From Oscillospiraceae bacterium (lineage in GTDB: Bacteria; Bacillota; Clostridia; Oscillospirales; Acutalibacteraceae), in contig SVOW01000013.1 of NCBI GenBank assembly GCA_015066175.1, forward strand, positions 38,562 to 102,561: 64,000 nt of DNA, in the 5' to 3' direction. The position numbers and the translations under genes are program-made. The notes below the pieces were generated by a model. That model was given only the letters and a program-made list of their open reading frames with translations, searched no databases and had not been told where the DNA came from. The stretch's first letter is position 1. Each line of letters starts with the position of its first letter. Below are positions 24,844 to 34,480 of the stretch, in pieces.

Positions 24844-27104
24844 TTTCTTTGAATCTTACCGCTGATAGTTTTAGGCAGTTCGTCTTTGAAAACAACGATT
24901 CTGGGATATTTATAGGGTGCTGTTTTCTCTTTGACGTAGTTCTGGATTTCTTTTTTAAGTTCTTCTGTGCCTTCTGTGCCTTTAGTAAGAACAATGCTTG
25001 CCTTGACTACCTGACCGCGAAGTTCATCGGGTGCTGCAGAAACGCCACATTCAAGAACATAGGGAAGTTCCATAATAACGTTTTCGATTTCGAATGGTCC
25101 GATACGGTAGCCTGAAGACTTGATAACATCGTCAGCACGGCCCACATACCAGAAGTAGCCATCTTCATCTCGCCATGCAACGTCGCCTGTATGATACATA
25201 CCGTCGTGCCATGCTTCTTTTGTTTTTTCTTCATCGTTATGATAACCGAGGAACAATCCGTTGGGAACATATTTATCAGTACGTACAACTATTTCACCGT
25301 TTTCACCAACACCTACGGGGTTGCCGTCGGGGTCTACGATGTCGATATCATAAAGGGGAATGGGTTTACCCATTGAGCCTACTTTGGGCTGCATACCTGC
25401 AAGGTTTGCGATTGTAAGAGTTGTTTCTGTCTGACCGAAGCCTTCCATGATACGAAGACCTGTACTCTTTTCGAATTGTTTGAAAACTTCAGGGTTAAGT
25501 GCTTCACCTGCTGTTGTTGCGTGAACAATTGAGCTTAAATCGTACTGTGAAATATCCTGCTTGATTAACATTCTGTACATTGTGGGAGGTGCACAGAAGG
25601 TTGTGATGTGATATTTTGCAAACATAGGAAGAATATCTGCAGCATTGAAACGGTCAAAGTCATAAACAAACACTGCACCTTCGCAGAGCCACTGACCGTA
25701 GAGTTTACCCCAGAGTGCTTTACCCCAGCCCGTATCGGAAATTGTGAAGTGAACGCCATCTTCACGTACACAATGCCAATATTTTGCAGTGATAAAGTGA
25801 CCGAGAGGATATTTATGCGAATGTGCTGCAATTTTGGGATAGCCTGTTGTACCTGATGTAAAGAACATAAGCATGGGGTCGTTACCGCAGGCTGTGTCTT
25901 CTTCTCTTTCGTATTTACGGGTAAAGAGAACACTCTCATCATCAAAGTTGTGCCAGCCTTCTCTGTGACCTCCAACGATGATTTTCGTCCGGAGTGAAGG
26001 TGAATTCTTTGCTGCCATATCAACCTGTTCAGGTGTGTTATCAGTTGCAGTACAAACGATTGCTTTAACATCTGCTGCGTTGAAACGATATTCAAAATCG
26101 TGGTCTTTAAGCTGATGTGTTGCAGGAATTACAATTGCGCCAAGTTTGTGAAGACCGAGAATTGACATCCAGAACTGATAATGACGCTTGAGAACAAGCA
26201 TAACCTTGTCGCCTTTTTTGATACCCAATGATTTGAAATAGTTTGCAGCCTGTGCAGAACCGCGCTTCATATCGTTGAAAGTGAATCTTCTTTCTGTTTT
26301 ATCAATGCCGACGTGAATCATTGCAAGTTTATCGGGGTTCTTATCAGCAATAGCATCAACAACGTCAAATGCAAAGTTGAATTTATCGTCATCTGTAAAA
26401 GAAATTTCCTGAAGAACTCCGTTTTCATCTTCTGTTGTGTGAATGAATTTTTCACAGGTGAGATTTTTAGTAGTTCTTGCAGTAACAATGCTTGAAAGGA
26501 TTTCTTCTTCCTCAACATCTTCGTTACCTGCAAAAACAACTGCGAGGAAAGTACAGTCTTCACCGCCTACGGCAATCATACCGTGAGGCTCTGATGAATT
26601 GTAGAAAATACTGTCACCTTCGCGGAGAACTTCAGTATTGTCACCAATCTGCACTTTAAGAGTACCACTCAGAACCATATCAAATTCCTGACCTGAGTGA
26701 GTTGTTGTGTGGATAGGTTTTTCCTGCTGTTCAGCTGAATATTCATATTTAACAAAGTAAGGCTCACCGAGTTTTTTCTTGAATCTGGGAGCAAGGTTTT
26801 TGATTTCAATGCCATCTTCACTTGCAGTTACCTGGCCTTTGCCTTTTCTTGTAACTGTGTAAGAAGTAAGATTTGCACTCTGACCTTCAAGAATATCTGC
26901 AAGTTCAATTCCGAAAGCGAGTGAACACTTATGAATGAAAGTAAAGGGCAAATCTGTTTCACCCGCTTCATAAGTCTGATACAGTTCTGCAGAAATGTCA
27001 GTTTTATCAGCCATTTCTTCTACAGAATAGCCTGCGTCAAGACGCATCAGTCTGATTCTCCTGACGATTTCCATAAGTTGTTTGTCTGATGAATGATTTT
27101 CCAT
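24834..27104 (-). CDS. Fusion protein: XRE-type HTH + cupin + AMP-forming acyl-CoA synthetase (paralog 2)
   Basis: Same architecture as paralog 1, with long identical stretches in the synthetase part. ATG 27104 lies 8 nt after GGAGG; ATG 27110 is an alternative. The stop codon lies inside an AAATTATAATTT palindrome. Confidence 0.85.
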   Translation of the reverse strand: MENHSSDKQLMEIVRRIRLMRLDAGYSVEEMADKTDISAELYQTYEAGETDLPFTFIHKCSLAFGIELADILEGQSANLTSYTVTRKGKGQVTASEDGIEIKNLAPRFKKKLGEPYFVKYEYSAEQQEKPIHTTTHSGQEFDMVLSGTLKVQIGDNTEVLREGDSIFYNSSEPHGMIAVGGEDCTFLAVVFAGNEDVEEEEILSSIVTARTTKNLTCEKFIHTTEDENGVLQEISFTDDDKFNFAFDVVDAIADKNPDKLAMIHVGIDKTERRFTFNDMKRGSAQAANYFKSLGIKKGDKVMLVLKRHYQFWMSILGLHKLGAIVIPATHQLKDHDFEYRFNAADVKAIVCTATDNTPEQVDMAAKNSPSLRTKIIVGGHREGWHNFDDESVLFTRKYEREEDTACGNDPMLMFFTSGTTGYPKIAAHSHKYPLGHFITAKYWHCVREDGVHFTISDTGWGKALWGKLYGQWLCEGAVFVYDFDRFNAADILPMFAKYHITTFCAPPTMYRMLIKQDISQYDLSSIVHATTAGEALNPEVFKQFEKSTGLRIMEGFGQTETTLTIANLAGMQPKVGSMGKPIPLYDIDIVDPDGNPVGVGENGEIVVRTDKYVPNGLFLGYHNDEEKTKEAWHDGMYHTGDVAWRDEDGYFWYVGRADDVIKSSGYRIGPFEIENVIMELPYVLECGVSAAPDELRGQVVKASIVLTKGTEGTEELKKEIQNYVKEKTAPYKYPRIVVFKDELPKTISGKIQRNKL

Positions 27105-27425
27105 TTTCATAACCTCCGATTGTAATGGGTCTGAAACTCTGAAGCAATAAAAAAGCCGCCTCAAAGCTTCTTTGAAAACTTTGAGACGGAATAAACTCAA
27201 TCCGCGGTACCACTCAAATTGCGCCACTTAAGACGCCCCTCTGCAGAGCCTATCAGCTCCTTCGCACTAACGCAGCGTACACGTAAGACACTACTCGGTT
27301 AACCTTTTGCATCTTCAGCTCGGAAGTGATAGGACCTGAAAAGCCACACTGCAGTTTCACACCAGCCAACTGCTCTCTGAAAGTCTGAACAAATCGTCCG
27401 TCTTCGTCATCGCTTTTAAAATATT
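27105..27425 (-). promoter_or_regulatory. T-box riboswitch leader 2 (hand-read specifier AUC, Ile)
   Basis: Minus strand has GCGAUGACGAAG (K-turn plus lower helix), AGAGAG and GGUGUGAAA. The 3' side reads CCUAUCA-CUUC-CGAGC, with AUC at plus-strand 27328-27330. The T-box sequence AAUUUGAGUGGUACCGCGG is at 27202-27220. A terminator at 27155-27189 is followed by CUUUUUUAUU. Confidence 0.8.
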
Positions 27426-27431
27426 GAAAAA

Positions 27432-27460
27432 ATTATAGCACTGTTTTCAGGGTGTGTCAA
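27432..27460 (-). promoter_or_regulatory. Consensus promoter for T-box leader 2
   Basis: Minus strand reads TTGACA, a 17-nt spacer, then TATAAT. Confidence 0.7.
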
Positions 27461-27478
27461 TAGTTTTTTCTAAAAAAA

Positions 27479-28576
27479 TTACACAAGAGTAAGAAGCAAA
27501 TTAATGCCAAGAAAAGCAATATTTACCAAAGTAAACACCAAAATATACTTTTTGACATTAATCCCCTCTTTTGCTACAAGTTTAAATGAAATAAGGCTTG
27601 CCATTGAAGCGATAAGTGTGCCTAAGCCCCCCAGGTTTACACCCACCAGCAAATCTTTAACATTATTTGTGAAATTCGAAAGAAGTATTGCCGCAGGTAC
27701 ATTAGAAAACACCTGACTTGAAATTATTCCTACGGCAATTTCTTTATCTGCAACAATACTTTTCAAGAATGTATTCACTGCGGGAATGTTGCCTAAATTG
27801 CCGATGAAAACAAACAGAAAAACAAATGTAAGCAAAAGGCTGTAGTCTATATTTCTAAGTACTTTTCTGTCAAAAACCAAAACAGAAACAAGTGTTATAC
27901 CTAAAAGCACAAGAAAATGCACAACTCTGAAAACACTTAAAAGTGCCACCACAAAAAGAACAGAATAGATAATTATTCTGACATCAAAACTAAACTCCGT
28001 TTTTTCGTTTGCTATTTCGATTTTTTCCTTGCCTGTGAAAAGTGCTGAAACAACAATAAGTGCAAGCGACAATCCGGCATAGGGAAGAATGGCAGAAAAG
28101 AAATCAAGCATACTCATTTCATATTTTGAAAAAAGATACAGATTCTGCGGATTGCCTATAGGTGTTGCCATACTGCCTAAGTTTGCAGCAACAGTTTCCA
28201 GTGTTATTAAAATTATTGCCTTGTCTTTTTTACCGATTAAATTAAGCATAATCAAAGTAAACGGCACAAAAGTTATGAGCGCCACATCGTTTGTGATGAG
28301 CATTGAAGAAAAGAAGCAGAGAAGACACAGCACAATGCTCAACGAAGAAAAACGTTTTACATATTTCAGGAGCTTTTCTGCAAGAATTTTAAACACACCG
28401 ATTTTGTTAAGCCCTGCAGTAACTGCCATTAAACTGAAAAGTAATACAAGGGTTTTGAAGTCGATATAATCAATATACCCTTTATTGGGCACGACTATAA
28501 AACAAGACGCAACTGCAAGAACAAAAGACAAAACAAGCACAATTTCACTTTTAAGGAATTTTTTTACATTCTGCAT
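27479..28576 (-). CDS. Anion permease of the ArsB/NhaD / SLC13-like superfamily
   Basis: Polytopic membrane protein. Contains LGSMATPIGNPQNLYLFSKY. Confidence 0.65.
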   Translation of the reverse strand: MQNVKKFLKSEIVLVLSFVLAVASCFIVVPNKGYIDYIDFKTLVLLFSLMAVTAGLNKIGVFKILAEKLLKYVKRFSSLSIVLCLLCFFSSMLITNDVALITFVPFTLIMLNLIGKKDKAIILITLETVAANLGSMATPIGNPQNLYLFSKYEMSMLDFFSAILPYAGLSLALIVVSALFTGKEKIEIANEKTEFSFDVRIIIYSVLFVVALLSVFRVVHFLVLLGITLVSVLVFDRKVLRNIDYSLLLTFVFLFVFIGNLGNIPAVNTFLKSIVADKEIAVGIISSQVFSNVPAAILLSNFTNNVKDLLVGVNLGGLGTLIASMASLISFKLVAKEGINVKKYILVFTLVNIAFLGINLLLTLV

Positions 28577-28691
28577 AAAATCACCTGTTAAATTTTAGCA
28601 CATTATAAAGGAAAAATAAAGAGATATTTTATTGATTTTTAAAGTTGCTTCTTGTATAATCTACTATATATGGTATAAGGCAGGTTTATAA

Positions 28692-30854
28692 ATGGATATT
28701 ATTTTAACTTTATGTGATGAATTCAAGCTTAAAAACTGGCAGGTTGAGAATGTTGTGAAACTCATTGACGAGGGCAACACCATTCCCTTTATTGCACGTT
28801 ACAGAAAAGAAGCTCACGGCACTCTTGACGACCAGACTTTAAGAGCAGTCAACGACAGACTTGAATATTTAAGAAATCTGGACAAGCGTCGCGAAGAAAT
28901 TTATTCTTCAATCGAAAAGCAGGAAAAAATGACAGAGGAGTTAGCCGCTGAAATTGAAAAGGCAATGACTCTTGTTGAGCTTGAGGATATTTACCGTCCT
29001 TACAAGCAGAAAAGAAAAACACGTGCTTCTGTTGCGAAAGAAAAAGGTCTTGAGCCGTTGGCACTTGATATTCTTGAACAGACACCTGATTTCCCTGCTC
29101 CCATTGAAGAAGCAGAAAAATATATCGACGCCGAAAAAGGCGTTGAAACGGCAGAAGATGCACTCAAAGGTGCAATGGATATTATTGCTGAAATTATTTC
29201 TGACAATGCAGAAATCAGAAAAAGGCTTCGTAACCTTTTCACAGTATGCGGTAAGGTAATTACTGTTGCAACTGACGAAAACGCAGAAAGTCCTTACACT
29301 CAGTATTATGACTACAACGAGCCTGTTGAAAAAATTGCAGACCACAGAGTTCTTGCAATTGACAGAGCTGAAAGAGAAGGCTTTATAAAAGTAAAACTTG
29401 AGCTTGATATTACAAAGGCTCTCGGAGTTATCAACAGAATTTATCTTAAAAACACAGGTTCACTGGCAACCGACGTTGTACGCGATGCCGGCGCAGATGC
29501 ATATTCACGTCTTATTGAGCCAAGTGTTCAGAGAGAAATCAGAAATATGCTTACAGAAAAGGCTGATGTTTCTGCTATCAAAAATTTCTCAATGAACTTA
29601 AAACAGCTTCTTCTCCAACCTCCCGTTAAAGGCAAAACTGTTCTCGGTCTTGACCCCGGTTACAGAACAGGTTGTAAAGTTGCAGTTGTGGATTCCACAG
29701 GACGTGTGCTTGACACAGGCGTGATTTATATTACTCATTCAGAAGCACAGAAAGAATCCGCTAAAGTTACAATCAAATCACTTATAAACAAACACAAGGT
29801 TGACACCGTTTCAATCGGCAACGGTACTGCATCAAAAGAAACTGAAATTTTCACTGCAGATTTACTTAAAGAAATTGACAGAAAAGTTTCATATATGGTT
29901 GTAAGCGAAGCAGGTGCATCAGTTTACTCCGCTTCAAAACTTGCGGCAGAAGAATTCCCGCAGTTTGATGTTTCACTGCGTAGTGCAGTTTCTATTGCGA
30001 GACGTTTGCAGGACCCCCTTGCAGAGCTTGTTAAAATTGACCCGAAATCAATCGGTGTGGGTCAGTATCAGCACGATATGCCCCAGAATGAACTTGGCAA
30101 CGCTCTTGACGGTGTTGTTGAAGACTGCGTAAACAACGTAGGCGTTGATTTAAACACTGCATCTCCCTCACTTCTTTCAAGAGTTTCAGGCATCAATTCA
30201 GGTGTTGCAAAAAATATTGTTACTTACCGCGAAGAAAACGGTGCTTTCTCCGGCAGAAACGAACTTAAAAAAGTTCCTAAACTTGGTGCTAAAGCATTTG
30301 AGCAGTCAGCAGGTTTCTTAAGAGTTTCTGAAAGCAAAAACGTTCTTGACAACACAGGCGTTCACCCTGAAAGCTACAAAGCAGCAGAAACGCTTCTTAA
30401 AGTTTGTTCATACACTCTTGACGATGTTAAAAATTCCGCTATCGGCGAACTTGCAGACAGAGTAAATCAACTTGGTGAAGAAAAAGTTGCAGAGCATATC
30501 GGCGTAGGTGTGCCTACACTTCAGGATATTATAAAAGAACTTTCACGTCCCGGGCGTGACCCTCGTGATGAACTTCCGCCCCCGCTTCTCCGTACAGATG
30601 TTATGGAAATGAAAGACTTAAAACCGGGTATGCAACTCAAGGGCACAGTAAGAAATGTAATCGACTTCGGTGCTTTTGTTGATATCGGCGTCCATCAGGA
30701 CGGGCTTGTTCATATTTCACAGATTACAAATAAATTTATAAAGCACCCCTCAGAAGTGCTTAAAGTCGGCGATATTGTTACTATATGGGTTATAAGCGTA
30801 GATGAAGCGAAAAAACGCATTTCACTCACTATGAAAGAACCCAAGGCAGAATAA
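28692..30854 (+). CDS. tex: Tex-like transcription accessory protein (YqgF, HhH and S1 domains)
   Basis: IPFIARYRKEAHGTLDDQ, LGLDPGYRTGCKVAVVD and the C-terminal S1 domain GMQLKGTVRNVIDFGAFVDIG. Confidence 0.92.
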   Translation: MDIILTLCDEFKLKNWQVENVVKLIDEGNTIPFIARYRKEAHGTLDDQTLRAVNDRLEYLRNLDKRREEIYSSIEKQEKMTEELAAEIEKAMTLVELEDIYRPYKQKRKTRASVAKEKGLEPLALDILEQTPDFPAPIEEAEKYIDAEKGVETAEDALKGAMDIIAEIISDNAEIRKRLRNLFTVCGKVITVATDENAESPYTQYYDYNEPVEKIADHRVLAIDRAEREGFIKVKLELDITKALGVINRIYLKNTGSLATDVVRDAGADAYSRLIEPSVQREIRNMLTEKADVSAIKNFSMNLKQLLLQPPVKGKTVLGLDPGYRTGCKVAVVDSTGRVLDTGVIYITHSEAQKESAKVTIKSLINKHKVDTVSIGNGTASKETEIFTADLLKEIDRKVSYMVVSEAGASVYSASKLAAEEFPQFDVSLRSAVSIARRLQDPLAELVKIDPKSIGVGQYQHDMPQNELGNALDGVVEDCVNNVGVDLNTASPSLLSRVSGINSGVAKNIVTYREENGAFSGRNELKKVPKLGAKAFEQSAGFLRVSESKNVLDNTGVHPESYKAAETLLKVCSYTLDDVKNSAIGELADRVNQLGEEKVAEHIGVGVPTLQDIIKELSRPGRDPRDELPPPLLRTDVMEMKDLKPGMQLKGTVRNVIDFGAFVDIGVHQDGLVHISQITNKFIKHPSEVLKVGDIVTIWVISVDEAKKRISLTMKEPKAE

Positions 30855-30895
30855 TATAAATCAGATTATTTTATTTACCCGAAGGAGGTAAAATT

Positions 30896-33800
30896 ATGGC
30901 AACATATAATGCACCGTTCAGAGATAAAAACTCCGAACGCTACATGTACGCAGGCAGAATCGAAAGAATGATTGAAACTGTTGAACAGAAGCTTGTTATC
31001 AATTCACTCGTTCTTGACGATTATTATTTCTGCGACGGACAGGAAACTGTTGAAAACAAAGACAACGGCAGCTGGGAAGCATTCCCCGAAGGCAGACGCT
31101 GGGGTTCACCTGAATACTACTGCCGTTTCAAACATAGTTTCACAGTGCCCGAAGAATTCAAGGGCGGTAATGTTTTCTATGAAGTTATGCCTACATACGG
31201 TTCAGGCAGAGACGGCTGGAGAACAAGCGATACTCAGTTTATCATTTTTGCCAACGGCAAACTCATTCAGGGCTGTGACTCAAACCACAAGGAAGTTCTT
31301 CTTCTTGATAACGCTCAGGGCGGAGAAACTTTCGATATGCACCTTAACGCATACCTTGACAAACACGAATACAGAGGACAGAGAGTTTTCAAAGCAAGAA
31401 TCAAACAGATTGACCCTGTTTTATGGAAACTTATCTTCGACCTTAAAACTCCCCTCGAAATCGCTGAACAGTACGGTCCTGACGATATGGACCGCGTTGA
31501 TATCATCAAAGTTCTCAACGCTGCTGTAAACCTTCTTGTTATCGACTCAACTCACGAAGAGCTTGTTGAAAGTGCCAAGGCTTGTATGGATTATCTTGAC
31601 GCTAATCTTTACGGCAAAATGACACTTGATGTTACAACATCAGGTATCGGTCACACTCACATTGACGTTGCGTGGCTCTGGAGACTCCGTCAGACAAGAG
31701 AAAAAGCAGGTCGTTCTTTCGCAACAGTTTTAAAACTTATGGAAGAATATCCTGAATATAAATTCATGTCTTCACAGGCTCAGCTTTACGAATATGTAAA
31801 AGAAGATTACCCTGAAGTTTACGAAGGCATCAAAAAGATGGTAAAAGAAGGCCGTTGGGAAATTGAAGGTGCTATGTGGGTTGAACCTGACACAAACGTG
31901 CCCTCAGGTGAATCACTTGTACGTCAGTTCCTTGTTGGTAAGAGATTCTTCAAGAAAGAATTTGACGTTGACTGTAAAATCATGTGGGAACCTGACGTTT
32001 TCGGCTATTCTGCAGCACTTCCGCAGATTATCCGCAAGAGTGGTTGCGACTATTTCATGACAACAAAAATTTCATGGAACGAATATAACCGCGTTCCCTT
32101 TGATACATTTATGTGGAAAGGTATTGACGGCACAGAAGTGCTTTCTCACTTCTCGCCAAGCCGCAGCGGTGACGACGTAGGCACACGTTTCATGACTACA
32201 TATAACGCATATCTTTCACCCTCTGACATGATCGGCGGATGGCACAGATATTCACAGAAAGACCTTAACAACAATGTTCTTATGACATTCGGTTGGGGTG
32301 ACGGCGGCGGCGGCCCCACAAGAGAAATGCTCGAATACGGCAGACGCCTTAACAAAGGTCTTCCCGGATGTCCGAAATTCGTAAACGAACCTTCACTTGA
32401 TTTCTATAAACGCCTTGAAGAAGAAGTAGGCTCATCAGACAGACTTCCCACATGGGTTGGTGAACTCTATCTTGAATTCCACAGAGCAACACTCACTTCA
32501 CAGGCAGCAAACAAGAAGAACAACAGAAAGAGTGAAATTCTTCTTCACGACCTTGAAACAATCGCTTCAATTGCAAACATTGAACTCGGCGACGAATATC
32601 CCAGAGACGAATTTACTGCTGATTGGAAATGCATTCTTCTTCATCAGTTCCACGATATTCTTCCCGGTTCTTCAATCAATGAAGTTTATGAGGATTCTGA
32701 TATAGCATACGGCAATCTGCTTAAAGAAGGCAAAGCAAGACTTGACAGAACACTTCAGCTTATCGCCGAAAACGTTGCAACTGATGCAGATTCACTTGTT
32801 GTTTTCAACACTCTCGGCAAAGCAAGAAATGATGTTGTTATCACAGATATGCCTGAAAAAGAAAACTTCATTATCGTAGACAGCGAAGGCAATGAAATGA
32901 AATGGCAGAAAACTTACGATGGTAAGCTTTGCTTCCTGGCTGAAAACATTCCCGCTAAAGGTTACAAAGTTTTCTCTGTTAAAGACGGTGAAAAAGCAGA
33001 TAATTCTGTTATTGATGCAACAGCATCAGGCTTTGAAACAAAATATCTTAAGGCTGAATTCAATGCTGACTATAACATCACAAGCCTTATTCATAAAGAA
33101 ACAGGCAGAGATGTTGTGCCTGCAGGCGAAGTTATGAACAGACTTATTGCTTACGATGACAGACCGCACAACCACGAAGCATGGGATGTTAAAGCATACT
33201 ACAAAGAAATTTCATGGAATATCGACGATGTTCAGTCTGCTGAAATCATTGAAAACGGTGCAGTACGTGCAGTTTATAAAGTTGTAAGAAAGTTCAGAAA
33301 CACAATCTTCAACGTTTACTTCATAGTTTACGCAGATAATGACAGAGTTGACGTGGCTTATGACTTCGACTGGAAAGAAACACATATCCTTATCAAAGTT
33401 GATAACCCCGTTGATGTTAACGCTGCTAAAGCAACATTTGATATTCAGTTCGGTAACATCGAAAGAAATGCTCACGACAACACTCTCTGGGAATTTGCAC
33501 AGTTTGAAGTATGCGGTCACAAGTGGATTGACCTTAGTGAAAACGGCTTTGGTTTCTCACTTCTCAACGATTCAAAATACGGCCACGATATCAAAGACGG
33601 CAGAGTGAGAACATCCCTTATCCGTGCTTCAATGGAACCCTGTCACGACCAGGATAAAGGACCGCAGTATATTCTTACTGCGCTCTATCCCCATGCAGGA
33701 CTTGTTTGTGAATCTGCAGTTGTTGACCAGGCATTCTCACTTAACGTGCCTCTCCACTGCGTTAAAACTTCTGCACACGCAGGTAAACTCGAAAGCGTTT

Positions 33801-34060
33801 ACTCACTTGTTTCCTGCGACAAATCAAATGTTATCATCGAAACAGTCAAGATTGCAGAAGACAGCGATGAAGTTGTTATCCGTGCATATGAAACATGGAA
33901 TAAGAGAACAAACTGCACACTTTCTGTGAAGGGCGACATTAAAGAAGCTCACATCACAAATCTTCTTGAAGAAAACGAGGAAGAAATCACTGCAGTTGAT
34001 GGCAAATTTAATCTCACATTCCATCCATTTGAAATCAAAACAATCAAGATTAAACTTTAA
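30896..34060 (+). CDS. GH38 alpha-mannosidase, cytoplasmic type
   Basis: GHTHIDVAWLWRLRQTREK, WEPDVFGYSAALPQI and QFHDILPGSSI. Confidence 0.9.
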   Translation: MATYNAPFRDKNSERYMYAGRIERMIETVEQKLVINSLVLDDYYFCDGQETVENKDNGSWEAFPEGRRWGSPEYYCRFKHSFTVPEEFKGGNVFYEVMPTYGSGRDGWRTSDTQFIIFANGKLIQGCDSNHKEVLLLDNAQGGETFDMHLNAYLDKHEYRGQRVFKARIKQIDPVLWKLIFDLKTPLEIAEQYGPDDMDRVDIIKVLNAAVNLLVIDSTHEELVESAKACMDYLDANLYGKMTLDVTTSGIGHTHIDVAWLWRLRQTREKAGRSFATVLKLMEEYPEYKFMSSQAQLYEYVKEDYPEVYEGIKKMVKEGRWEIEGAMWVEPDTNVPSGESLVRQFLVGKRFFKKEFDVDCKIMWEPDVFGYSAALPQIIRKSGCDYFMTTKISWNEYNRVPFDTFMWKGIDGTEVLSHFSPSRSGDDVGTRFMTTYNAYLSPSDMIGGWHRYSQKDLNNNVLMTFGWGDGGGGPTREMLEYGRRLNKGLPGCPKFVNEPSLDFYKRLEEEVGSSDRLPTWVGELYLEFHRATLTSQAANKKNNRKSEILLHDLETIASIANIELGDEYPRDEFTADWKCILLHQFHDILPGSSINEVYEDSDIAYGNLLKEGKARLDRTLQLIAENVATDADSLVVFNTLGKARNDVVITDMPEKENFIIVDSEGNEMKWQKTYDGKLCFLAENIPAKGYKVFSVKDGEKADNSVIDATASGFETKYLKAEFNADYNITSLIHKETGRDVVPAGEVMNRLIAYDDRPHNHEAWDVKAYYKEISWNIDDVQSAEIIENGAVRAVYKVVRKFRNTIFNVYFIVYADNDRVDVAYDFDWKETHILIKVDNPVDVNAAKATFDIQFGNIERNAHDNTLWEFAQFEVCGHKWIDLSENGFGFSLLNDSKYGHDIKDGRVRTSLIRASMEPCHDQDKGPQYILTALYPHAGLVCESAVVDQAFSLNVPLHCVKTSAHAGKLESVYSLVSCDKSNVIIETVKIAEDSDEVVIRAYETWNKRTNCTLSVKGDIKEAHITNLLEENEEEITAVDGKFNLTFHPFEIKTIKIKL

Positions 34061-34132
34061 TCTGAATAACAAACAAACGAGCCGTTCAGTTAACCCTGAA
34101 CGGCTTATTTTATATCATAACAAAACTATTGA

Positions 34133-34407
34133 AAATTATAATTTAGCGTGGTATTAAAATCAGCATCGTAGGGGCGGATGCCAACATCCGCCCGAATAAA
34201 TTCACACAAAATCTGACGGGTCGATGTAGGCATCGACCCCTACAATGTAAAATCGAATATACATATAAATTATAATTTATATGGTTATTTAAATTAAATA
34301 TCGTAGGGAACGGCGGTTTCCGACGTTCCGCAAAAAGCAATTGGCGGTTTGTCGGCAAGCGCCAAACCCTACAATGTTAAAAATAGTATCACGCTAAATT
34401 ATAATTT
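34133..34407. repeat. Two adjacent REP doublet modules separated and bounded by AAATTATAATTT
   Basis: Palindromes at 34133-34144, 34267-34278 and 34396-34407. Hairpins: GTAGGGGCGGATGCCAACATCCGCCC (34168-34193), an inverted GTAGGGGTCGATGCCTACATCGACCC (34215-34244), and a copy of the 24731-24810 doublet (34303-34372). Confidence 0.85.
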
Positions 34408-34480
34408 AACAAACTATCCGCAAACTGATTCCATAAAAAACTCCCCTACCTTTTCAGGTAAGGGAGTTTAGTTTTATTGA

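Noticed and set aside
34143-34358. 71-aa ORF inside the REP cluster. The 65-aa ORF at 53846..54043 is the same kind of case.
   Set aside because: It is encoded wholly by palindromic repeat DNA. Peptides such as GRMLASAPT are simply translated REP hairpins. There is no RBS.
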